A DNA stretch of 64,000 nt from an uncultured Gemmatimonadaceae bacterium (GTDB lineage: Bacteria; Gemmatimonadota; Gemmatimonadetes; Gemmatimonadales; Gemmatimonadaceae). The DNA lies in contig CAVUDW010000003.1 in the NCBI GenBank assembly GCA_963740355.1, positions 768,001 to 832,000 on the forward strand, read 5' to 3'. The translations under genes and the position numbers were made by a program. A model generated the notes under the pieces. The model did not search any database, was not told the DNA's origin, and was given only the letters and a program-made list of their open reading frames with translations. Below, piece by piece: positions 1 through 11,227 of this stretch. How positions within the stretch are numbered: position 1 is the stretch's first letter; each line of letters begins with the position of its first letter.

Positions 1-269
1 TCCGGCAGCGCCTTGCTCGCACCCTTCACGACCGGATCGTACGGCCCGCCAGTCCACAACGTCTCTTCGTTGAGCTGGATGTGCTCCTCGCGTGTGCCAC
101 CGAAGACCATCGCGCCGAGCCGACCGTTACCGAGCGGCAATGCGCGATTCCATTCGGCGGCTGGCTGGCGGAACCAGACGGTGGGTGAGCCAGACTGCGC
201 GTGCGCGGACCGCGGAGTCGCGAGCATGAGGAGCACCAGTACCACGAGAAGTTCGTTCAGTCGCTTCAT
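1..269 (-). CDS. GH95 alpha-L-fucosidase-like glycoside hydrolase, N-terminal part (runs off window edge)
   Basis: Not in the ORF track. Manual translation from ATG 269: signal peptide, then VWFRQPAAEWNRALPLGNGRLGAMVFGG..EHIQLNEETLWTGGP, the typical GH95 N-terminal motif. Confidence 0.85.
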   Translation of the reverse strand, partial: MKRLNELLVVLVLLMLATPRSAHAQSGSPTVWFRQPAAEWNRALPLGNGRLGAMVFGGTREEHIQLNEETLWTGGPYDPVVKGASKALP

Positions 270-554
270 ACGATTGGTGTGGTGCCTCAACTGATTGGTC
301 TCAGGGAATCGCAACGCACAGCACAGGCGTCTCCGGCCGATGCACCTCACCCGCGGCGCCGCTGACCGCACGAGACGAACGTAAGACGTGCAGCACAGCT
401 CGCCATCGCGAGCACAGGCTGTGCGCCTGATCAGATAGTGGATCGGTTGAGGCTGACAAGCCGACGAACACACCAAGTGTTGCCGGAGTCAATCGCAGGC
501 TGCCAGCTTGCTGTCGCTGCCGGGTTCCCATGTCGCCTGCTTCAGGAGCACGAG

Positions 555-1541
555 ATGTCACTTCGCGTCAGCGTGTCGCTTGCCTGCACGCTCGCCTTCG
601 CCCTGCCACTCTCCGCACAGGTTCGTCAGGTCGCCGACCTCAACACGCGGCAGATCCGCGAGCTCGATCGTGCGCGTACGGTGGTAGTCCTGCAGGGCGG
701 CATGCTCGAGGAGCATGGGCCGTACCTGCCGGCCTTCACTGACGGCATCCTCAGCGCACGGCTGACCGACGAACTGGCCGCCGGGATAGCTCGCAGTCGG
801 CCGGGATGGACAGTGCTCGTCTTTCCACCCGTCTCAGTGGGCGCCAGCGGCTCGAACGAGATTGGACGGCAGTACTCCTTTCCTGGCACCTACGCCGTGA
901 GGCCGTCGACGCTCCGCGCGGCCTTCGTCGATCTGGCGAGCGAAGTCGGCGAACAGGGATTCCGATGGGTGTTCCTGGTGCATGTGCACGGATCACCACT
1001 GCACATCGGCGCACTGGATGACGCGGCAGACTTTTTTCACGACACGTACGGCGGCACGATGGTCAACCTCTGGGGACTGCTTCCAGTGCTCGGTGGATGG
1101 GGCGGCGCCATGGCGGGCATGTCGCCCGCAGAAAAGGCCGCCGACGGTTTGTCACTGCACGCCGGCATGGACGAACACAGCTTGATGCTGTACTTGCGCC
1201 CGGAACTCGTCGCGCGTGACTATCGCAGCGCAACGTCGGTTGCGGGTGTCAACTACGACTCCGCGTTTGCGGTCGCGCGCCGGCCAGGCTGGCCCGGCTA
1301 CCTCGGCGCACCGCAGCTTTCCACAGCCGCACTCGGCAAGACAATCTGGACCGCGTTTTCCGCCGCCACCGTGAAGACCGCGCTCGAAGTGCTCGACGGG
1401 AAGGATCCGCAGACCTACCCGCGATATCTCACCTACCTCAAGAAGTTGCCACTGTATCGCGAATGGATCGACTCGAGTACGACACGTGACTCGATTGCCG
1501 GCGCCAAACTTGGCAGCTGGCTCTCACGCCGACCGCGGTAG
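555..1541 (+). CDS. Creatininase (creatinine amidohydrolase) family protein with signal peptide
   Basis: GMLEEHGPYLP..TD, VHVHG and HAGMDE metal motifs; AGGAG upstream of ATG 555. Confidence 0.8.
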   Translation: MSLRVSVSLACTLAFALPLSAQVRQVADLNTRQIRELDRARTVVVLQGGMLEEHGPYLPAFTDGILSARLTDELAAGIARSRPGWTVLVFPPVSVGASGSNEIGRQYSFPGTYAVRPSTLRAAFVDLASEVGEQGFRWVFLVHVHGSPLHIGALDDAADFFHDTYGGTMVNLWGLLPVLGGWGGAMAGMSPAEKAADGLSLHAGMDEHSLMLYLRPELVARDYRSATSVAGVNYDSAFAVARRPGWPGYLGAPQLSTAALGKTIWTAFSAATVKTALEVLDGKDPQTYPRYLTYLKKLPLYREWIDSSTTRDSIAGAKLGSWLSRRPR

Positions 1542-1660
1542 GCGCATTACGCGACGCAACCGTCGCCGACCGATCGTTGACGGACCACTACTCGCAACTC
1601 AGCTTGAACCGACAGCCGCTGCCGCCATTCCGCCCGCCAACTGCCCCTGAGAGAGCATCC

Positions 1661-2299
1661 ATGCCCGCCGAAACCGACTTCATCAACAACCCGGTCGCCT
1701 TCATGCAGGAGAACATCCTGCGACCGGTGATCCACGGCTTCAAGGACTCGATCCAGAACTTCAAGTTCGAGAAGGACGAAGACATGATCGTCCGGAAGGG
1801 GAAGTTCCATTGGTACAACAAGAAGCTGAGCTTCTACAAAGTCGTGCGCGACGACGCTGGACCGATCCGCGCGTACGTTCTCGGCTTCAAGGAAAACGAG
1901 GCGGTGGGCTCGATCCTTGGCGTCGCGGCCGGCGATCCCCGTTTCATGTTCACCTACCGGATGGATGGCTGCAGCCTCGGATTTGCGCAGGCTTCACCGG
2001 CGGCGGCGGCGTATGTCTCGCATCACAATGACAAGACCGGCGGGAATGTCCCAGCCACCATTGCCGGTCAGGCCGTGAACTTTGCCGATGGCGCGGCGCC
2101 AGCACTCAACTTCGCGCACAAAGCCTCATACCAGACGGACTCGAAGGGAGATCTCAACGCCTTCTACAAGTCCACGACCGTCGGTGTCCGCGACGCGACC
2201 AACGTGTGGCGCTTCTACCTCCAGCAACGGAAATACCACGGGATGAACACGCCGGACAAGAACCTGAGCTTGAAGGATGTGATCCTGATCAATCCCTAG
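1661..2299 (+). CDS. Hypothetical protein, candidate CNF1/CheD-like Cys-His deamidase
   Basis: Coherent ORF with strong GC3 codon bias; FMFTYRMDGCS...VSHHN motif; the ORF itself is solid, the function is inferred. Confidence 0.6.
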   Translation: MPAETDFINNPVAFMQENILRPVIHGFKDSIQNFKFEKDEDMIVRKGKFHWYNKKLSFYKVVRDDAGPIRAYVLGFKENEAVGSILGVAAGDPRFMFTYRMDGCSLGFAQASPAAAAYVSHHNDKTGGNVPATIAGQAVNFADGAAPALNFAHKASYQTDSKGDLNAFYKSTTVGVRDATNVWRFYLQQRKYHGMNTPDKNLSLKDVILINP

Positions 2300-2328
2300 G
2301 GCGCCTGCGGTGATGAATCGTGATGCAA

Positions 2329-2366
2329 CGAAGGGGCGTTTCGGAATTTCCCGAAACGCCCCTTCG
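2329..2366. terminator. Bidirectional terminator-like hairpin between convergent genes
   Basis: Perfect 16-bp stem CGAAGGGGCGTTTCGG / CCGAAACGCCCCTTCG with 6-nt loop. Confidence 0.75.
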
Positions 2367-2392
2367 CCCAAACACCAACGATGCTGCGACGA

Positions 2393-4793
<2,401 letters not shown>

Positions 4794-4800
4794 TGCTGAA

Positions 4801-5688
4801 ATGGACACGACTCTTCTCCGCACGTTCGTCGAAACGGCAGATGCCGGCAGCCTCAGTCGCGCGGCACGACAACTGGCGCTCTCGCAGCCGTCGCTGACGG
4901 CGCAGATCCAGCGGCTCGAGCGGCACATGGGCGCGCCGCTGTTCGATCGGCATGGGCGGGGGGTGACCATGACGGACGCCGGCCGAGCGCTGTACCCGCG
5001 GGCGCGTCGCATTCTGGAGGATGTTCGAAGCACGGAGGACGCCGTGCGTCGCGAGGGAGCGGATGGCGCTGGCACGCTGAGCGTCGGGGCGATTCCGACG
5101 GTCGCGCCCTATGTGCTTCCAGCGGCCGTCCAGCGACTGCGCAGTCGGCATACCGCCATGCGCGTCGAAATCCGCGAGGACTACAGTGCCGTGCTTGCGA
5201 GGCTCTTGCTGGATGGTGCGCTCGACGTCGTGATCGCTGCACTGCCCTACGTGTTCGATCATCTCGACACGGAGCCGCTGGGCGAGGACAAGCTGATCGT
5301 CGCCGTCCCCGCGCAGCATACTGCGGCTCGTGCCGGGCGCATCACACTGGCGCAGCTGCATGACGCACCAGCGGTCACGCTCGATCCAGCGCACTGTCTC
5401 GGCGAACAGGTGGCGGGATTCTGCTCGAGTCGCGAGATCTCGCCGTCGGTCGTGTGCCGCAGCGCACAGCTGGCGACCGTCTTCGAACTGGTTGGCGCCG
5501 GCGTCGGCATCTCCATCGTGCCGGCGATGGCCGCGGCCCGGCACAACACACCGCAGTGTGCATACGTGCCACTGGTGGATCACACACTGCATCGGCAGAT
5601 CGTTGCCGTGTGGCGCCAGGGCGCCGCGAAGTCACCGCAGGCGCGAGCGTTCGTGGATTGCGTGCGTGAGGTCGTGCGCGGTCACTGA
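4801..5688 (+). CDS. oxyR: OxyR-type LysR regulator (H2O2 sensor)
   Basis: LysR HTH; LDPAHCLGEQVAGFC matches the OxyR C199-x8-C208 redox pair; IPTVAPYVLP; divergent from katG. Confidence 0.88.
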   Translation: MDTTLLRTFVETADAGSLSRAARQLALSQPSLTAQIQRLERHMGAPLFDRHGRGVTMTDAGRALYPRARRILEDVRSTEDAVRREGADGAGTLSVGAIPTVAPYVLPAAVQRLRSRHTAMRVEIREDYSAVLARLLLDGALDVVIAALPYVFDHLDTEPLGEDKLIVAVPAQHTAARAGRITLAQLHDAPAVTLDPAHCLGEQVAGFCSSREISPSVVCRSAQLATVFELVGAGVGISIVPAMAAARHNTPQCAYVPLVDHTLHRQIVAVWRQGAAKSPQARAFVDCVREVVRGH

Positions 5689-5704
5689 ATCGCGCGATGA
5701 CGCC

Positions 5705-6151
5705 TCAGGGAACCGACTTCTGCACCTGCAACTGCTGGAACACACCAAGCCGATCCACGACTTGCCAGTGTCCGCTCAGTCGATCGTCCGTCACACTGTA
5801 CACCGTTGCGCCAGACATCGTCACGCGCTGGCCTGTTGCAGGAAAACCCGGCAGATCCCCGCGATGTGTTGCGGCCCAATTCCAGGTCGTCACGATGGCA
5901 TCGCCATCTTCGACGAGGCGCAGGATCTGGAATTGCTGGTCAGGGAACGGCGCACGCGAAATTCGCAGGCGATCCTGGAATGCCGCGACGTCGAGCGTCT
6001 GCCCCTCCCACGGATCGCCCGGATCGTGAAAGATGGTATACGCCGACGCCAGATACCGCTGACAGGCAGCGGCGTCGCCCGCATTCCACACGTCGCGGAA
6101 GAAGTCGACGAGCAGTTGTTTCCGGGGCGAATCGATCGTCAACGCGGTCAT
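5705..6151 (-). CDS. SnoaL-like ester cyclase / NTF2-fold protein
   Basis: APFPDQQF..EDGD..THRGDLPGFPATG..HWQVVDRLG pattern. Confidence 0.85.
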   Translation of the reverse strand: MTALTIDSPRKQLLVDFFRDVWNAGDAAACQRYLASAYTIFHDPGDPWEGQTLDVAAFQDRLRISRAPFPDQQFQILRLVEDGDAIVTTWNWAATHRGDLPGFPATGQRVTMSGATVYSVTDDRLSGHWQVVDRLGVFQQLQVQKSVP

Positions 6152-6792
6152 GGATTGCTCGGGCTGGGATTCGCGTCGGGAAACGCGAGGCGCGCGGCAA
6201 AGACGCGGATGTCGTCTGGCCAGGTGCTGATGCTGGCGGAAAAGTGCGCTTCGTCACGACGATAAAGGGCGCGCGTCGCTTCCTCGAAATCGGGCAGGTC
6301 GCCCGCGATCGCATGCATGAAGTGATACGCGGCATCGCGCGAGGCCTGCGCGCGATCCTCGGCCGCGTGCGTCTTGCGCGCCTCTTCCACGAGGCGACGC
6401 AACGCGACCGAGGCACCACCAGGTTGCGTCGCCAGCCATGCCCAGTGTCGCGGCAGCAGCGTGACTTCGCGCGCGACGACACCGAGCCTCGGCCGCCCAC
6501 GCGCCCGCGGTGCGCCGTCGACCTTCTGCGGCGCGTCGGCCTGCGCTGCGTCAGCCGCATGCCGGCGAACGATCGCGTCGACATGAGCCAACATGTCGCT
6601 CTCGTCGCCCCGCATCTCGAGATCGATGACGCGTCCAGTTTCGTTGTCGAAGATCAGCACTGTCTCGTGTTGGGGTGCCGAGGTCTTGATCACACGCCAG
6701 ACGCGCTGCGCAACATCACGGAGCGCGCCCGTCGCCAGTTGCCGTTGCCCGAGGAATGCGGTGCACCGCATGTGGTGTGGTTCGCCGGTCAT
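6148..6792 (-). CDS. DUF2239 family protein (probable DNA-binding regulator)
   Basis: LIFDNETGRVIDL and RGRPRLGVVAREVTLLPRHWAWLATQPGGASVALRRLV; ATGA overlaps with both neighbours. Confidence 0.88.
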   Translation of the reverse strand: MTGEPHHMRCTAFLGQRQLATGALRDVAQRVWRVIKTSAPQHETVLIFDNETGRVIDLEMRGDESDMLAHVDAIVRRHAADAAQADAPQKVDGAPRARGRPRLGVVAREVTLLPRHWAWLATQPGGASVALRRLVEEARKTHAAEDRAQASRDAAYHFMHAIAGDLPDFEEATRALYRRDEAHFSASISTWPDDIRVFAARLAFPDANPSPSNP

Positions 6793-7154
6793 GCTCGCTC
6801 CAGCGTGGGCGCAGCGTAGTTGCCTGCCCCATTCGGTTGCATCCGCTCCCGCCACATCGATTCCAGCGCCTTGAGGTCGGCCGTCGGATCGAACGACGGC
6901 GAGTCTTCCGGCCATTCCAGTGTGTCGAGCACTTCGAACGCAAACGCCTCAGGGCCCAGCGTCGTCCAGTCCTGCTGCAGCCGACGGTTTGCGTGCCCGC
7001 CGAAACGGAGCGACGACTGTTCGCGGTTGAGAATTGCGTTCACATCGAGTGAACGGCCGATGAGCGTCTCGCCCGACTGGAGGTTCCGCACGCAGTACAC
7101 GCCCATGGGGCGGCGCGAATCCTTGTAGGCGCGTGCAACAGCTTTGCGGTCCAT
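6789..7154 (-). CDS. GIY-YIG nuclease-like small protein
   Basis: MGVYCVRN...LIG, LRFGGHANRRLQQDW..GPEAFAFEVLD. Confidence 0.8.
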   Translation of the reverse strand: MDRKAVARAYKDSRRPMGVYCVRNLQSGETLIGRSLDVNAILNREQSSLRFGGHANRRLQQDWTTLGPEAFAFEVLDTLEWPEDSPSFDPTADLKALESMWRERMQPNGAGNYAAPTLERA

Positions 7155-7184
7155 GCGTCGTCCAGGCTGGGTGGTGAAGCCTGT

Positions 7185-7228
7185 ATTTTATCCGGATATT
7201 AATGCCGTGTCAATATACCCGGGTAAAT
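7185..7228 (-). promoter_or_regulatory. sigma70 promoter with two palindromic operators
   Basis: Minus strand TTGACA(7213-7208)-N17-TAAAAT(7190-7185); palindromes TATCCGGATA 7189-7198 and TACCCGGGTA 7216-7225. Confidence 0.85.
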
Positions 7229-7385
7229 ACCTGCGCCAATCGGCGTGGCGGTCCAACGACGAAACCACGACTGACGACCTCGGCGCTCGCCAAACGCTCG
7301 GGCGTGACGCAGCTTGCCTCTCTTCGCCATCGGCAACGCGCGCCGGTGACCACCATGACACGCTCGCCCGCCAGGTGATCAGGTA

Positions 7386-8939
7386 ATGCGCTCCACACGA
7401 CTGCTCCCCTCACTCATCGCGCTTGGCGCGGTGATGACGCCCGCCGCGCTCACGGCGCAGGCCAGACCGACGGCCGCGTCACGCGACATTCCTGCCGCGA
7501 TGTCGACCATTCGCGAGGCCGACCTGAAGCGCGACCTCTTCGCGTTTGCATCGGACGGCATGCGTGGCCGCGAGGCCGGCACGGTCGATGAGATGCGCGC
7601 ATCGGTCTGGGTGGCCGAGCAGCTGCGCGCTATGGGTGTGAAGCCAGCCGGCCAGGACGGAAGCTTCTTCCAGTGGTGGAACATGCTCGTGACGCGTGTC
7701 TCCACCGTCTCCAGCAGCGCGACGATTGCCGGCAACACGCTGACCATGTGGAAGGACATCGTTCCGCTCGGGCAGAACATCGCTGACGCCAGCGGACCGA
7801 CGGTCTGGGTGGGTGACGGCAGCGACAGCACGATCGATGTGCGCGGCAAGATTGCCGTGATCCAGATGAATGCCCCGGCGGAAGGCACGGTACGCACCAC
7901 CACCAACACCTACGAAGTGCGGTACGCGCAGGCGGCGCTCACCGCCACCACGCGACGCCTGCAGAATCGCGGTGCATCGGCGATCATCATCGTCGCCGAC
8001 TCGATCAGCGACATCGCACTCGAGCCCCTCGGCATCATCCGGCAGCGGGGCTCGATGGATGTGATCGGCGGCGCGAATCGTTTTGCCGGGCAGGCACAAC
8101 CTGCCGCCGCCACGGCGCCGCGGCCACGCACGATTCCGACGCCGGCGTATCTCGTGCACCGCAGCATGGCGGCGACGCTGCGCAACGCGTCGGTGCCCGC
8201 AGAGTTGCACGTGAGCCTCGAGCGATTCGAGACGCCATCGTGCAACATCGTCGGCATCATCCGTGGCACCGATCCTAAGTTGCGCGACGAGTACGTGCTG
8301 TACAGCTCCCATCAGGACCACGACGGTGTGCGTTACATCGTCGGCAAGGACTCGGTGTGGGCCGGCGCCGATGACAACGGCAGCGTGAGCGTGGCAGTGC
8401 TGGCGGCGGCGCGCGCTTTCGTGCGGCAGCCGGCCAAGCGTTCGATCCTGATCGTGTTTCATGGCGCCGAGGAGCGTGGGTTGCTCGGCTCGCGCTATCA
8501 CGCCGCGCATCCGGTGGTGCCACTGTCGCAGATCGTGGCGGTCCTGAATGGCGACATGATCGGACGGAACAGCCCAGACTCAGCGAGCTTGCTCGGCATC
8601 CAGCCGCCGCATCGCAACTCGAGTGACCTGGTGGCGATGGCGCTGAAGGCCAACGATCTCACCGGCCGATTCATCCTCGATAGCCTGTGGGACCGGCCGA
8701 CGCATCCGGAAGGCTGGTATTTCCGCAGCGATCACGTTCCGTACGCGCGCCTTGGCGTCCCGTCGGTGGAGTACTCGACGAACCTGCATCCGGACTACCA
8801 CACGCCGCGCGACACACCGGAGAACATCAACTATCCGAAGCTCACGCGGATGACGCAGTGGATGTACCTGACCGGCTGGCTGGTGGCCAATGCTCCGACG
8901 CGACCGGCGATCGATCAAGGGTTCAAGCTGGAGCGCTGA
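7386..8939 (+). CDS. M28 family metallopeptidase, secreted
   Basis: Signal peptide; SHQDH, GADDNGS, AEERGLLGS, NGDMIGR, RSDH, DYH motifs. Confidence 0.93.
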   Translation: MRSTRLLPSLIALGAVMTPAALTAQARPTAASRDIPAAMSTIREADLKRDLFAFASDGMRGREAGTVDEMRASVWVAEQLRAMGVKPAGQDGSFFQWWNMLVTRVSTVSSSATIAGNTLTMWKDIVPLGQNIADASGPTVWVGDGSDSTIDVRGKIAVIQMNAPAEGTVRTTTNTYEVRYAQAALTATTRRLQNRGASAIIIVADSISDIALEPLGIIRQRGSMDVIGGANRFAGQAQPAAATAPRPRTIPTPAYLVHRSMAATLRNASVPAELHVSLERFETPSCNIVGIIRGTDPKLRDEYVLYSSHQDHDGVRYIVGKDSVWAGADDNGSVSVAVLAAARAFVRQPAKRSILIVFHGAEERGLLGSRYHAAHPVVPLSQIVAVLNGDMIGRNSPDSASLLGIQPPHRNSSDLVAMALKANDLTGRFILDSLWDRPTHPEGWYFRSDHVPYARLGVPSVEYSTNLHPDYHTPRDTPENINYPKLTRMTQWMYLTGWLVANAPTRPAIDQGFKLER

Positions 8940-8979
8940 CGACGTCGACGCCTGAGGATCGCTTTCGGTCCTCAGGCGC

Positions 8980-9957
8980 TCAATCGCGCTTCTGTACACT
9001 CTTGAAGAAGTCCCACATCACCTCGGTCGCGTTCATCGCCGTACTCGGAACGTCGCCCACTCGACTTCCTCGCGCCCCTCCCGGCCAGGCGTGTCCGTTG
9101 TCGCGCAGCTGCTGCAGTTCCACCCGGCGGCCAGCGGGACACTCGAATCGGGTGACGATCACGCCGTCGCGCGTTTCTTGACGGGGCGTCGTAGCACATC
9201 CATTCGCGCTCGCCCAATAGGTAGCCTGGTCGATCTGTGGTCGCATCGGTGTGCCGTCCCACTGACTGGCACCACGCCCCTGTGAGAGGCCGCCGTCTGG
9301 CGGTATCGACTTGTCGAGCAACCCATTGATCATCAGCGCCGACACCGCAGACGACGGCGTGCGCTCCGTTCCAAAAATGGCACCAACAACCGGCGCGATC
9401 GCCGCGATTCGTGGTGCGAGTTCGCGTCCGATGCGATGCGCCATCATGGCGCCGTTCGACATGCCGGTGACATAGATCCGCGAGGCGTCAACGGGGAATG
9501 TGCGAGACAGTTCGTCGAGCAGCGAGGAGATGAATCCCACGTCATCCACACGACGCTGCATCGCCGGCCCACAGCAGTGCTCCGCGTTCCAGGTCAGCAG
9601 TGGCACCCCATCGCGCGCGGCGGTGCCATCAGGATAGACGACAATGATCCGCTCGCGCTCGACGAGTCTCGTGAATCCAGTCATCTGTTCCGCGTTGGTG
9701 GCGTTCCCACCGCCTCCGTGGAGGACGAGCACCAGCGGCAGCGGAGCGCTGCCCTTGCTCACGCCGGCGGGCGCCCGCACCACGTAGCGTCGTGTCAGGC
9801 CATCGTGCACCAGCGTGCGGCGCGTGGCCGTATCGGCACTCGCCACGCGCCGCTGTACGAAGCGCTCTCGCCGCGCCTCGCGGCCGCTTGCGCAGGCGAA
9901 GATCAGCGCCAAAACCACTGCGGCGAGGAGCAACCTTTTCGTGGACGCCAAGGACAT
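8980..9957 (-). CDS. PHB-depolymerase/LpqC-like alpha/beta esterase
   Basis: LHGGGG, WNAEHCCG, DDVGF, GMSNG nucleophile, GHAWPG. Confidence 0.88.
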   Translation of the reverse strand: MSLASTKRLLLAAVVLALIFACASGREARRERFVQRRVASADTATRRTLVHDGLTRRYVVRAPAGVSKGSAPLPLVLVLHGGGGNATNAEQMTGFTRLVERERIIVVYPDGTAARDGVPLLTWNAEHCCGPAMQRRVDDVGFISSLLDELSRTFPVDASRIYVTGMSNGAMMAHRIGRELAPRIAAIAPVVGAIFGTERTPSSAVSALMINGLLDKSIPPDGGLSQGRGASQWDGTPMRPQIDQATYWASANGCATTPRQETRDGVIVTRFECPAGRRVELQQLRDNGHAWPGGARGSRVGDVPSTAMNATEVMWDFFKSVQKRD

Positions 9958-10114
9958 GACAAGTCTGACGTAGCGACTGGAAAGGTGTTAACCAACGCTC
10001 CCACGAAAGACACCGCCTGACGGCGCAATCTCCAACCGCGCAGGGAACAAGGAGGCCGCGACGTGGATTGCTGGAGTCCGTGGGCCGCGTTCGCACCCAA
10101 TCCTCGATCAACAC

Positions 10115-10792
10115 ATGCGCCGTATCGCACCCGCCCTCGGCCTTCTCGCGACGACCGCCAGCATCGCGATGGCTCAACCATCGATCGACCTGCTACGACT
10201 CAATCAGTCCGAACCGGGAGGTGCCCTCCCAATCGAGTGGCAGGTCCGTGCCGTACGTGGCCAGCGGTCCCCGACGTCGTTGATCATCGACTCGGCCGGC
10301 ATTCGCTATCTCCGGCTCAGTGGCACGTCGCGCGCGGCCTTCTTCGTGCGCCGGCTTGACACGCCACTGCGCCCGGGCGGGCTATTGGCGTGGCGCTGGC
10401 GCGTACCGCTGGCGCCGGTCGGAGCCCGAATGGACGCTGAAGAGACCGACGATGCTGCCTTGCGAGTCTTCGTGGTGTTCGCACGCCGCGGGATGTTCGA
10501 AACCACACCTCGCTCCCTGTTCTACACCGTGTCGGATGGTGAGCCGCGCTCGGTAGCACCGCAGGCGAGACGCCCGCCCATCGCCACGATTTCGTCCGGT
10601 AGGCCGGCGCTGACGAAAGACTGGCTGGTCATCGAAGCAGATCCATTCGCCGACTACCGGCGTTTGTGGAATGAGGAGGCGGGGCGAATCATCGCAATCG
10701 GTGTGATGCAGGATACCGACCAGACGAGAGCCGAAGCCATTGGCGACCTGATGGACCTTCAATGGAGAATGAAGAATGCCGCGCGCGACTGA
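10115..10792 (+). CDS. DUF3047-like secreted protein
   Basis: Signal peptide; LAWRWRV, DDAALRVFVVF, DYRRLW, IGVMQDTDQT. Confidence 0.75.
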   Translation: MRRIAPALGLLATTASIAMAQPSIDLLRLNQSEPGGALPIEWQVRAVRGQRSPTSLIIDSAGIRYLRLSGTSRAAFFVRRLDTPLRPGGLLAWRWRVPLAPVGARMDAEETDDAALRVFVVFARRGMFETTPRSLFYTVSDGEPRSVAPQARRPPIATISSGRPALTKDWLVIEADPFADYRRLWNEEAGRIIAIGVMQDTDQTRAEAIGDLMDLQWRMKNAARD

Positions 10793-11216
10793 GGTTCTTT
10801 TCGCCTGTGTGGTGCTGAGCGCGTGCAACGGCGCGGCCCCTCCGACCGCGCCCAATGCAGAACCTGTCGCGCCAGGCCTTCCTGCGCCAAGCGGGAGCGG
10901 TGCGTCAGGTCGATTCGTGAAGACTCGCTACGACGTGAGCGGTACAGCCACGCTCCGCATCACCAACGGTGTCGGCCAACTCGATCTATCCAGTGATTTT
11001 TCGGTGGCACAAACACCGGGACCATTTCTCTACATCAACTCGACCAACAATCCGAACACGGGCCAGCCACTGCGAATCGCCAGCCTGAAGGGGATTTCGG
11101 GCGCTCGATCGTACACTTTTGCCGTGCCGGCTGGTGTTCAATATTCGTGGGTGATCATCTGGTGCGACCCCTTCAACGTTCCCATGGCGGAGGCGTCCAT
11201 TGCGCCCGTCCCCTGA
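10776..11216 (+). CDS. DM13 domain lipoprotein
   Basis: LSAC lipobox; GP..YI, LKG.SG..Y, VIIWCDPFNV. Confidence 0.8.
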   Translation: MPRATEVLFACVVLSACNGAAPPTAPNAEPVAPGLPAPSGSGASGRFVKTRYDVSGTATLRITNGVGQLDLSSDFSVAQTPGPFLYINSTNNPNTGQPLRIASLKGISGARSYTFAVPAGVQYSWVIIWCDPFNVPMAEASIAPVP

Positions 11217-11227
11217 TCGGAGCGTGC

